Below, one piece after another: positions 34,777 to 46,257 of a DNA stretch of 64,000 nt. Origin of the DNA: Octopus sinensis (Eukaryota); contig NC_043011.1 of assembly GCF_006345805.1 (NCBI RefSeq), positions 22,146,464 to 22,210,463 on the forward strand, in the 5' to 3' direction. Made by a program: the position numbers and the translations under genes. Each line of letters begins with the position of its first letter. Within the stretch, counting starts at the first letter, position 1. The notes beneath the pieces were generated by a model. The model worked only from the letters and a program-made list of their open reading frames with translations. It was not told where the DNA came from and did no database searches.

Positions 34777-35051
34777 CATCATCATCATCGTTTAACGTCC
34801 GCTTTCCATGCTAGCATGGGTTGGACGGTTCAACTGGGGTCTGGGAAGCCAGAAGGCTGCACCAGGCCAGTCAGTGTTTCTACAGCTGGATGCCCTTCCT
34901 AACGCCAACCACTCCGTGAGTGTAGTGGGTGCTTTTTATGTGCCACTGACACAGGTGCCAGACGAGGCTGGCGAATGGCCACGCTCGGATGGTGTTTGGC
35001 TGTTTGCCAGCCTCGTCTGGCTCCTGTGTCGGTGGCACATAAAAAGCACCC
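34777..35051 (-). mobile_element. Young retroposon tail between (TA)n runs
   Basis: (cat)n cgtttaacgtccgctttccatgctagc...ataaaaagcaccc; (TA)n at 34761-34776 and 35052-35063. Confidence 0.9.
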
Positions 35052-35101
35052 ATATATATATATAATGTAGATTATTGTTTTGTAATTGATTTATTAACAA
35101 G

Positions 35102-35455
35102 TGCATGCGTGGCTGTGTAGTTAAGAATTTTGCACCCCAACCATATGGTTTCGGGTTGTCCCACAGCATGGCACATTGGGCAAGTGTCTTCTACTATAGC
35201 CCTAGCCTTACCAAAGCCTTGCAAATGGATTGGTAAATGGAAACTGAAAGAAGCTTGTTGTGTGTGTGTGTCTGTGTTGCTGCTTCCTTGTCTTGACATC
35301 ATGTGATAGTTGTAAATGAGTGTCACTGTCATGCAAGCAGTGTTCTTCATTTCCAATTTTCTATGAAAGCATGTTTGGCCATGGAGAAATATTACTTAAC
35401 TGGGAAACAGGCAAGGACCTGTGACAAGAAGGGCATCTAATCATAGAAAATCTGC
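35102..35455 (+). mobile_element. CORE-type SINE with tail
   Basis: gcgtggctgtgtagttaag...ggcacattgggcaagtgtcttctactatagcc. Confidence 0.85.
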
Positions 35456-35509
35456 ATCAACAAACTTCTTTTGTTTTTAGAAGTGTTGAATGTGTATATA
35501 TATATATAC

Positions 35510-36357
35510 ACACAGACACACTCACACATCCACACACATACATACTTACGCGCATACTCACAGGCGCGCGCTTGCATACGCGCTGCATGCACCTCGCTCT
35601 TGGACCCGACGAGACCTCCCGCTCGTTCCTGGGACCGTCGCCTGTCGTTGGGTTCTCCCACGCCCGTCTCCGCGGGACCACTCTTCCATCTTCCCCTCAG
35701 CTGGAGTCCTTTTTCCTTAACCCCCCCCTTTTTTTTGTTACACACACCCACACATTACTTAAATATATACATTACTCTTACACACATTCAAATCTACTCG
35801 CCATTAATACTACCACGACACTGGACACACACACACACTACTACTCAACACACGCTGGCACGCTACATACGCCCCCACCCCTTCCCCTCCCTCCCTTCCT
35901 CCTTCCTTCATTTTCTTACTACTGACCACTGTCTGCTATGCCTACTACTGTCTCGCCCTACCTCACACGCCTACACACAGACGCACACACTAACACACAT
36001 ATATTTTTTGTTTTTTTATCTTGCCTCACATACACATACACACGCACACATACACACACATCTGTTGCGTTACCAACCCTGTCTCCACTCTTTTGGCTTT
36101 AAAAACCTACTTTGCTCTTGTTATCGTAAACTTCCGCCTTTCACCATGTGTACTTCGTAAACACCAGTCGTTTTTTTCTCCATCTCCTGTTGCCCGCTTT
36201 GGGATCTTTCTTTCCTCTCTCTTCCTTCTTTATGTTTCCGACGAAGAGCTCCGCTCGAAACGTCATACCTTCCTGCTTCCATATTTCCTGAGCGCCTATT
36301 AATAATAATACTGTAATTGTTCCACTGTTGTTGTATTTTTGTTTTCCCGTTTGGATT

Positions 36358-36362
<5 letters not shown>
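35510..36362 (+). mobile_element. CpG-retaining Penelope-like element (LTR-type segment carrying a minimal hammerhead motif)
   Basis: GC-rich block at 35560-35700; hammerhead core at 36238-36264; (TA)n at both ends (35496-35509, 36363-36398). Confidence 0.6.
36231..36270 (+). ncRNA. Minimal type I hammerhead ribozyme motif (Penelope type, U4C variant)
   Basis: CCGACGA-A-[GAGC-TCC-GCTC]-GAAA-CG-TC: core box, stem II, GAAA, palindromic ACGT minimal helix III and GUC cleavage triplet (C at 36264). Confidence 0.7.
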
Positions 36363-36402
<40 letters not shown>

Positions 36403-37309
36403 GGCAGTCTGCTCTGAAACAAAGCTTGACCACTTCAAGCACAAATATAGCATTAACTTCTTAAGCGAGAAAAGATTTGACTTTTGAGCCCGGAAACTCT
36501 CTTAAAAAAAACTTTCCACAAATATTGCAAATGTGTCTCAGTTCTGAAACTGTTATTTCATTGTACTTTTTGTGCATGTTTAGAAGTCTCCAGAAGATAT
36601 ACACATCTTTTGACAAAAATGACACTGAAGAGCATTTGCTTGCATAAAATGATGGTATTGGGGGTTAGTGTTGTTCTTTTAGACCAGAGAGAGGGGAGGG
36701 ATATGTGTATACTATCAAAATGTGTCTGTGTAAGCGTTGAGAATAGAAGGAAGAGATGGAGGAAAATTTGAACGAAAGAAGAAAGTAGTATATAGAAGAG
36801 AAGAAAAGGCTGTATGTGAAGATTTGAAGTAAAGAGAATGAGAACAACTGATGAAAGACAAACAAAACAGAAGAAAATGCAGCAAGACTTGCAAAAAAAG
36901 TTATTTAAAGAAATCAGAAGTAATAAGCTCAGTCATTTTTGATGGGTACTATGCTAATAAATAAATAAGAACAGCCCATTTGAAAGATTAAGTTGTTCAA
37001 TGATTTATTTATAGAAATGGAAGGAATGATGGCTGATATCCTTGTTTTAGGTGATGATGGTATTCATTTCTAAGCAAGAAACGTATCAATAATATTATCT
37101 TATAATGACTTTGGTTTGACCTAAATGTTAAAATTATGAATTTTATGTGTGTTGTACAAAATCTTCAGTGTTCAGGATAATGTTTGTTAAATTTGTTGTT
37201 TAGTCTCCATATCAACCCTGTTCTAGTATGAATAGAGATGAGATACAGTTGACATTTGTCAGCCAATGCAATAACAATAGAAGTGGAAAAATTGAGGTAT
37301 TGCATACAA

Positions 37310-40300
37310 CAGGCCAGGATTTAAAGATTTTCTGCAAGAGAAATTTTATCAATTTGAAAGGAAAAAATACTTGTTCTTAAAATTTCTAGAATACTAATAA
37401 ACTAAATTCTAAAATATCGATTTAACATTTATAATTTTTTTAGGATCCTTGTTCTATCATAAAAGTTGATATCAATTGTATTAAGCTAAACCTAATTATA
37501 ACATCTGAAACCTAAAATATTGTGCAGTAACTAAAGGAAAAAGGCTCTTTAGGTTTACAAGATTTTGGCATCTTCATTCATGAATTGTAATTAACAATAT
37601 ATAAGTAACTGATAATTGATGACTGGAGGTGATAATGACAAATTTGAGTAAGTTGGCAGAGTCATTAGTGCTTTAGATAGAATGCCATGTGATATTCATT
37701 CTGGTACTCTGCAAAATGAGTTCAAATCCTATCAAAGATAACTTGACTTTTAGGCACAGGTGTAACTGTGTGGTAAGAAGCTTACTTCCCAACCACATGG
37801 TTCTAGGTTCAGCCTCACTTGAGCTAACCAGTCTTGTGAGTGGATTTGGTAGATGGAAACTGAAAGAAGCCCATCAAATATATATGTGTGTGTGTGTATG
37901 TGTCTTTGTCCCCCACTACTGCTTAACAATTGGTGTGTTTACGCAGTATTTTAGTGGTTCAGCAAAGAGAACCAATAGAATACGTACCAGGCTTTAAAAA
38001 AAAAAAGTATTGTAGTCAATTCATTCAACTAAAACTTTTTCAAGGTGGTGCTCTAGAATGGCCACAAACTGAAACAAGCAAAAGATAAAAGATAATAATT
38101 ACACATAAAATAAGATCTTTAAGGACATTTTTGAGCTTAGAGTACTTGATTTATTTTTATGCTTTATTAATTATTAATCATTGTAACTAATATTTTGAAT
38201 TGTTAGTTGTTGCTACTACAGATATTATTGGATTATAGTTTTAGAGATCACTGATCTTTATATTACAGATTATGAATAAAATGTTTCCTTTCAGGTAAAT
38301 AGGGTGTGTTTCAAAAAGTTTGATATCATTTGAGGAGCTTAGGTTCAGCTTAATACAATTTATATCAACTTTTATCATAGAACTAGAATCTTAAAAAAAA
38401 AAAGTATAAGTGTTAAAAACATATTTTAGAATTTAGTTTATTAGTATTCTAGAAATTTTAAGGATTATGATTGCAATTAATTTAAGCTAGTGAATAGTTA
38501 GATTAAATCATGGAAAATTAAACATTGAAGAGCTGATGAGCATCACCTAAAACGTATTCTGACCTGAAAACAGCATGTGAAATATGTATAGAGTAAAATA
38601 TTGGATTCAAACAAGGATTGAGACAACTACCGTCACAGCATATTATCATTAAGCCCTATTGGGTATCTTAGACTATTTAAGATAGCATGACTATCTTACA
38701 ACTCAAAATTAACTTAGAACCAAAAATTATCTAAAAGCTCTCAAGATTAAAATTTCTCTTGTAGAAAATCTTTAAATCTTGATCTTTTGATATCATTTGA
38801 GATGTAAATATCTAAGTAACTATATAATCTAGGCAAACGAAACTAAACTGGTTTAATGTTGTTCAGAATAAGATTTACTCATCAAAATTTGAATGAGAAA
38901 TTCAAAAGTATATATATATAAAAAGCGATGAATAGCTTTGCGGAAATCACGGTACGCTTTGTTTTCTGACTTTATAATCATCTCATAATAATGACTTTTA
39001 TTACTACCTCAGTCAATCTAAATGTATATATTTGTCTTTACCTGTCATAAAAAGCCTTTTTTCATTTACAATGTGCATTTTCGTTGATTTTTCATATTTT
39101 ACCCTTACATTTCCACGTGTATTTTATATTTTCTTTTTGTAACATATCTCTACTATATATATATATATTCAAGTTTTAATCACATTAGCTTTATTGCAAA
39201 CAGGTTTTGTTGTAAGATTCATTCATTCCACATAAGGAAAAAGATGACTTAAGAAATGTATGGTTGTAAAATTAACCCTTTTGTTAATATCTTTCTGTTG
39301 AAATGCACCACTTTCATTTCAAGTAATTTTGTTGTTAATAATCTGCACTTTGGAACATAAATTAACAGGAAATTGTAATGAATGACTTTAATTTAGATCA
39401 CTTAATTTAAAACAGGAAGCTGGTATCATAGCACCAGAGGTGGTCTCAGGCAGGTTGGTTAATTCAAAGTTACATCTCATTAAAGCTCTTTAGTTACGTT
39501 GCCATGACACTTATGTTTAAAGGTATCTTAATGATACTTCTTTTTCCAGCTAAATGGCAGCAAAAAAAATGTATTGATTTAATGAGATTTAGCATGTTAA
39601 CATCTCAAGAGTGTAATATATTTTTTCATCTTAAGGACTTATTTTGTTAAAAAACACCAACAAATAATACTGTGGAAGGTCATTAATTTTTAGGGTCCTT
39701 TTATGTGGATAGCAAAAACCTTAAAGGTAAGCTGAAAATAATCAAGTTTCTAATTTGATTTTGATTCCAAGTTGAAGGCTTTTCATGTAACTGAATTCTA
39801 TAATGAGCTTGGAATTAGTTAACACTTCATACATTCCCTAACCTCTGTGTTTCTGTATAATAAATTGCCAGAAATTCATGAAATCAGGACCAAAGTGTAA
39901 AGCCAAAGAAAATATTTTATGGTATCCAGTTTGATGACAATTTTTAATTAAAATTAAAATCTTGCTATTGTAACTTAGAATGATAAAAAAAAAAAAACTA
40001 TCAAAAAAATTCATAGAGTAGTAAAAATAGTTGTATCTCAAACAAAACTGCTTTCTCTAGTTTCAGTGCATCAGGTTATGGGTTCAAATCCTGCTGGAGT
40101 TAATTTTGTCTTTTATTTCTCTGTAAGTTTGTGACATTGTGTCAATATGATACCTCAGTTATTTTGTGTTAGAAAAGTTTACTTAACATTGTCCATCTCA
40201 TTGGCATTTTTCTAGTTTTAGAAGAAATTCATAAAAACCATAAACTGTAATGTATAAGCCAAGACCGTTGATTAAAGTAGTTACTGGATAATACAAATTA

Positions 40301-40775
40301 AAATGACTGAAAATAGAGTGCTTTAGTCGTGTTAAAAGCTCTGAAAAGATTTTCTCAGATGTCAGAAATAATTTAAACAAAAATGTTATAGAAAATATTA
40401 GTGATTATTTTAAGACTTTTGCTTATACTTCAGAACAAGAGCAAAACTAATCTTGAGAGCTTTTGGATAAATTTTGGTTATAAGTTAGTTGTGAGTTGTT
40501 AGTCAATCATTCTAGTATGTATCAATAAAGCTTACTGATAATATGTTGTAACAGTAGTGGTTTCAGACCTTCTTTGGATTCAATATTTTACTCTTATACA
40601 TAGTCTCTATTGATGAAATAAAACAGAAGATAACAATGAATTACTGAATTGATATTTCACATACTGTTTTCAGGTCAGAATATGTTTTAGGTGATGCTCA
40701 TCAGCTCTTCAATGTTTAATTCTCCATGACTTAATCTAACTATTCACTGACTTAAATTAAGTGCATACATAATGG
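37310..40775. repeat. Three fragments of one AT-rich repeat family in alternating orientation (37310-37520 +, 38290-38800 -, 40400-40775 +)
   Basis: ctagaatactaataaactaaattctaaaat (37386) is the reverse complement of a segment at ~38425-38455; ttttcaggtcagaata.gttttaggtgatgctcatcagctcttcaatgttt (40667) is the reverse complement of ~38520-38572. Confidence 0.75.
37752..38090 (+). mobile_element. CORE-type SINE (internally deleted)
   Basis: tgtgtggtaagaagcttacttcccaaccacatggttctaggttcag...ggaaactgaaagaagcccatc. Confidence 0.82.
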
Positions 40776-40859
40776 CTATATATCTATATATTGGGGAAGG
40801 AAGGTTCCATAGCAAGTATTGACAAGGACACAAATACAAGGAAGGTAATTGGTCCAGGA

Positions 40860-42050
40860 GGAATAGTAACTTAGATGCTTATAATACCTGGTGAAGTAGG
40901 GTACATGCTTGTTATTCACATTGCCAATATGGTAGTAACTCATATAACTAATCAGGAGAATGTCATATCCAGTGATTGGTGTATCAGTATCATTGTCAAA
41001 TGTTACAAGGGCAAAAGAAGTGCTCCAGAGAGAGGTGATTCCATAGATATCAGATTGTTGGACCAGGTTATGAAAGTTATGGAAAGAATTGGAACACAAT
41101 TAATTTGGAAGATAATTCACCTTGATGTCATGCAGTTCAGCTTTGAGGCAGGAGTAATTGATGTCATCTTCTTAGAGATACAACTGAAGAAGTACTTAGA
41201 TACAAGCCACTATATCTAGTGACATGAAGGGTTTCTACAAAGTTCCACACTCTGTTATTTGGTGGTCATTAAGGAAACTAAGACAGATGAATGGCTTGTG
41301 AGGGTTGTACAAGCCATGTACAGAAATACAGTCAGCAAGGTGAGTCAACAATGACTTCAACAAGAATTAAGGATGTGATAGGGTTTCATAACCTTGGCCA
41401 TAACAGAGGAGTTTAAGATTAGTTTTTCGTGGGAACTCCACTATGTTGATGACCTGATTCTTATAACTGAATCTGAAGATTTAGAGAAGAAATTCCATAC
41501 ATAAAAGCAAAACCTAGAATTAAGAGACCTCAAAATAAACTTAGCAATGACTAAGTTTTAGTAAATCAAGAAGAAATCAGGCTCTAATTGCTATCAGAGT
41601 AATCATTGTGTTCAATAAGTAGCAAAGAAAGAGGTAGAAATTCCATATGATGTGCAAGAGGTGTCGTATGATCACAGGCTGGTGATAATGAAGTTAGATT
41701 GTGTATGTGGAAGATTCACAGGAGTAATTAGTAGTAAGAATACAAGAAAAATAAATTCCTTTGAATACTCAGAAAGCTCATTATAAATAGTTGATAGTTT
41801 TCTTTACCTAGGTAACCTAAATAGCAGTGAAAGTGAGTGCTTCAAAAGTGTAATAGTAAAAGAATGGCATGGAGAAAGTTCAGAAAGATATTACCCATGT
41901 TGGTAGCAAAAGGTTTCTCTTTCAGAGTGAAGAGTGGATTGTATAGTACTTGTGTTTGAAGTGTGATGCTGCTTGGTAGTGAGACAATGAACCTTTTATG
42001 CACAGAATTTACAAACATTACAAAAGAAATGAAGCAAGCATACTTTGCAT
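40860..42050 (+). mobile_element. Degenerate RTE LINE (RT region)
   Basis: IVKCYKGK..A.ERG..IRLLDQVMKVMERI; WELHYVDDLILI at ~41430-41465; ttttctttacctaggt (FLYLG). Confidence 0.82.
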
Positions 42051-42299
42051 CCAGAAAAGTTTACCTGACTGATTGGCATTAATCACTCACAGGCATTCTC
42101 CATTCTCTAGTTCACAAACAAGCTGTCTCTTCTCTCTAACTGGCCTGATGTTTAATAATGATCCATGGTCTTAATAGTCTTTCTGACAAATATGTCTTTC
42201 CTAATGGTGAGGCATAAAAGAAATGAAGTTTCAGATTTACCTCTATGAAAACTTATCTTCATACTATGATATCTTGACCTTAAATGATACATATGAAAG

Positions 42300-44600
42300 G
42301 AATCATAAACTGTAGGTAGATTAACTTTGCTTTTCTATTAGTTAGTTAGTGGAAGTCAGATAGATCTCATTAACATTGTAGGCCCTCTTAGACATACAAT
42401 TGATGCAGTTGATATTCATTTGGAAAATTTGCTGATTGATGTCTGAGGAAAAAACATAGATGGAGAATGAGTTTTAAAAAGCTGCAATTTATTAGTTAGG
42501 AATAAATGGGCAAACTATTTAGTTCAGGATACATCAGAGGATGGTGGAGAATAATGCTGTAAAGGTAATGAGAGCAGGAGAAAGGATTGTCTTTGGTAGC
42601 CAGGATAAAAGGCTTGGCAGCTTGTTACTTCTGAAAGCAAAGGCCATAGTAGTAGTTGTAGAAGAGATGGTGAGAAAATACAATTTGAGAGATAGTGGTG
42701 AATACCAATCAATTAAATAGACTTCTTTTGAATGCATGCAATCTAGAATTTTTGTGTGAATAACACCAGCATTGTCCCATGTGCATATGAAATATCCCAA
42801 TATGGGTCTCATTAGAATTATGTTGAGTCTTTAAGGAATACAAACTGGAGCATAAAGCCTAGTTTTGGGATGCAATATCAGAAATGCTATGCGGTCAACA
42901 TAAGAGATTATGAGTCCTGACACTTTTAGTGAATATAAATTGTTTCTACTCATGTGTAAGGAGATGGGGTTCATAACTGTTGCCTTGATATGTGTAACAA
43001 TTGATTCTTGGCTCTTTGTTGTCATGTTCCTGTTGGAAGATGTTTTCAAGTTCATGGAAGAAGTGTAAAACTAGCATAAATTACAGATTATGTATAGATG
43101 ATGCTTGTGTGAAGAAGTTTAGAAAGAGTGATGTCAAATGCATAGGGGAAGATGGTGTGTTGTTAAACATCAAAATGGTCATTAATGCAGAAAAGGAAGT
43201 ATGGTGGTAAAACCAAATGCTAGAGTAAACTAGAGATGATAGTTTAGGGTGGCGAGAGCTCTGTTAGGTAGATGGTACATCTGAAAAATCTGGTTGAGGA
43301 AATAGGGCATATATGAAACTCTTAGTTGAAAAACTTATTAAAAAGTTTTCATGCCAAGCAAAGTTGAAAGACTGGTTGATGCCAAATGAAAAGAAACAAT
43401 TGAAGTTTCAAAGAGTGATATCTCACCAGTGCAGGTCAAAGAAGAGAAAGACTTCGGTAGCTTTGGTTTAAGGAAATCATGTTTGTAGCCACTGAGGTGG
43501 GAGAGACATCCAAGATCGTTGTTTAAGACTGTTGATAAGTTGGAAGTGACAGCAGCAATAGGTTGATAGCTGGCATGGTCAAAGGGATTGCACTTCTTGG
43601 GAATGGGATACATTGTGTTGTATTTTGATAGATCAGAATAGATCATTGTAGATAGAGAAAGATTAAAGAGTTTGTTAAAAAATAGTAATAATGTTTTAGA
43701 ATAATAGAAAGCACTATCCAGACCAGTTGAATACTTAGTGGTGAGACAGATGGGCAGGTGAATCAAAGTTTAGAATCGGGTTTACTGTCTGTGCAGCATA
43801 GAATTGGAAGTAAAACAGGTTGCAGATATGGTGACTTTATTAAAAGCTACTTATACAACTGACCTGGTTGAAAAATAGTAGATAATGAGGATTCTGAAAA
43901 ATTGATGGAAAACTACTTGGTAAGGGATCATAAAACTCTGCTGCAATTTGGTAGATATAATTTGAAGGTTGTGTGGTATATATAATCATCCCTTGATTTT
44001 CTGATGATTGTCCTGTTGGTTTTGTGATGGGTAATTTCTCTAGGTGATGTAGAAAAAATTGCATAGTTCTAAGTGAATTATTTAAATATTTTATGGCTGG
44101 ATAAAGGATGTGGGGTGATGTAAGTACGAAGAGGGTTTTGGGATGAGGCAAATTTTCTGTCAGTAGTATTTGGTGAAGAATTTATCAGAATTTGAACACT
44201 TCAGTTGACTTGAAGTATCAGAGGAGTTTATGGGGCTTTGACTGTTGTGCAGTAGATACTAACATGCAGAGGAGGTCAGGGTAGCAAATAATTTATATTT
44301 TGTGCTGATATGAGCATTGTAGGACATACAAGAGAACCAAAAGAAATTGTATGCATCTTAGGATGATGACATTAAGAAACAAGTGAAATGAGGCAGATGT
44401 CTTCATGACAAAATGTGAGACAGTCAGAAAGTAGATGGTGATTAGAAAAATTGGGAGAGTGGTTGAAATTAGAGATGCAAAGAAGAGTAACTTTGAGTCA
44501 TTGAAAATCTTTATTGCTTATATTCATGTAAGAGAAGTGATTGGTGATGGAGTTACTTCTATATATGTACAGACATTATTGTTTTGAGTAAAGCTGAAAT
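42300..44600 (-). mobile_element. Long degenerate CR1/Jockey-like LINE (RT region)
   Basis: ORF 43338-43766 STGLD...KLFNLSL...PIPKK.NP...SYQPIA; LMRPILGY...WDNAG near 42775-42812; boundaries approximate. Confidence 0.75.
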
Positions 44601-45614
44601 ATAGATTTGCTTGCATTGCAGAAATAGATAACACATACATAAGAGAATTGTATTTCCTCAGAAAATAATAAAATGTTGCTTGCAGGTTAGTAGAGGTCTT
44701 TTTTTCTGTAGAGATGTGTAGAATTTTCTCAAATTGGCATTTCATATGTTTTTATTGTTTGTTTATGAAGAAGCTGAAGAAGATAATATATATCGTGAGT
44801 TGCCAGTAATCATTATGTTGATTCATATAAGAAACCCAGTTGTGGGTAGTGGCTCTAAGTAGGCCTCTCAAAATCCTGTGCTAATTGGGCAAGAAGAGGA
44901 TGTGGGATTACAATAGTATGAAATTATCCAAGAGTTTAAGCTCCTATTGAATCTGGAAGCATGAGAAATCTATGGGAAATTTTTTTCATCTGTACTTTCT
45001 GACAAACAGTGGCACTATGTAACTAGTATTTATGCAGGAGTGGTTGAAAATAGCACACTGAAAGATGTATCCTCAAATTGATATCTGCACTGAATGCATA
45101 GAACAGCATATGAATGTATTTAATATAAGCTTTGCTTATAGTTTGGAAATGCAGTGTCAAATTAGGAAAGTCAAGAGCTTTGTAAAGAAAATATATGAGT
45201 GCAAAGAGAATTTTAGAGTGAGCCATCTCTGAAAAAAGATCTGTGTATATTGTTCTGTATAGGGTTTAAAGTGTGTTAGCAGTAGATGAAAATATTTTGA
45301 AAAATGCAGCTGGATGAAACTTTAAATTTGAAAGAAAGTGGTTGTAAATTCAGGAAGAAAGACTTAAATTTAGTAATGTTAAAGATAAGGTTATTATACG
45401 GGAGAGCCATATAATAACATACAAATTAAACTTACTGTTAAATTTTGATCTATTTCATGAGGTCAAAATTTTAGTCACACAGCTGTGACCTGTTCACTGT
45501 CAAGTGCCACAGTAGAACTTAACATGTCTTGAAATAAATTTAAAGTGAATTTAGTAGCTTTGTGTTATTAATTGACTCTTATATGTTGTTCAATCTCAAC
45601 ACAAGTATCAGATC

Positions 45615-45968
45615 AGTCACTTGTAAGACATGTTGGAGACCCCCTTTGGTCATGAATGACCATGGGATTGCACCTAGAAAGTTACCCTCTAAGGCACAAG
45701 TCCAGGCAAGGTTGTTTGTGGAAGGCCAGCAGTCTCTCATGCCTACCAGCCTCCCCTCTCTACACCACTGATGTTATCCAAGGGAAAGGCAAAGGCCGAT
45801 ATAGCTTGGCACCAGTGATGTCGCAACTCATTTCTACAGCTGAGTTAACTGGAGCAACGTGAAAGAAAGTGTCTTGCTCAAGAACACAACCCACAGCCCG
45901 GTCCAGGAATTGAACTCACAGCCTCACGATTGTAAGCTCGACACTAACCACTGAGCCATGCACCATCA
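45615..45968 (-). mobile_element. tRNA-derived SINE
   Basis: Reverse head TGGCTCAGTGGTTAG (A box)...GAGTTCAATTCC (B box). Confidence 0.85.
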
Positions 45969-46060
45969 CATGTATAACTTTGATTAATAAGCCAGTAGTA
46001 TAACAGATTTTTCCTGAATTCCAGTATTCAAAAACAGGCATCATCAAATATATCACAATG

Positions 46061-46257
46061 TGACGTGGTGCTGAAAAGTTCCTATTTTGGGTAAAAGAAA
46101 ATATAGGAGGATCAGTTAATTATGATTTTATTCAACATATTCTCTCAGATTCACACACTTATTGCAGCAGTCCTTCAGTTTTTCTAAACCCTGTAAAAGA
46201 ACAACCAGGTCTTTCAAGATACCCTTGAAGCCAGGAACTTTTCAGCATCCCCTCATA
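46061..46257. mobile_element. mariner-type MITE
   Basis: Left gacgtggtgctgaaaagttcc; right end reverse-complements to TA|TGAGGGGATGCTGAAAAGTTCC. Confidence 0.78.

Noticed and set aside
35471-36160. 229-aa ORF, the longest in the track
   Set aside because: Translation of CA/TA microsatellites and pyrimidine tracts (H/T/Y/I-rich); not protein-like
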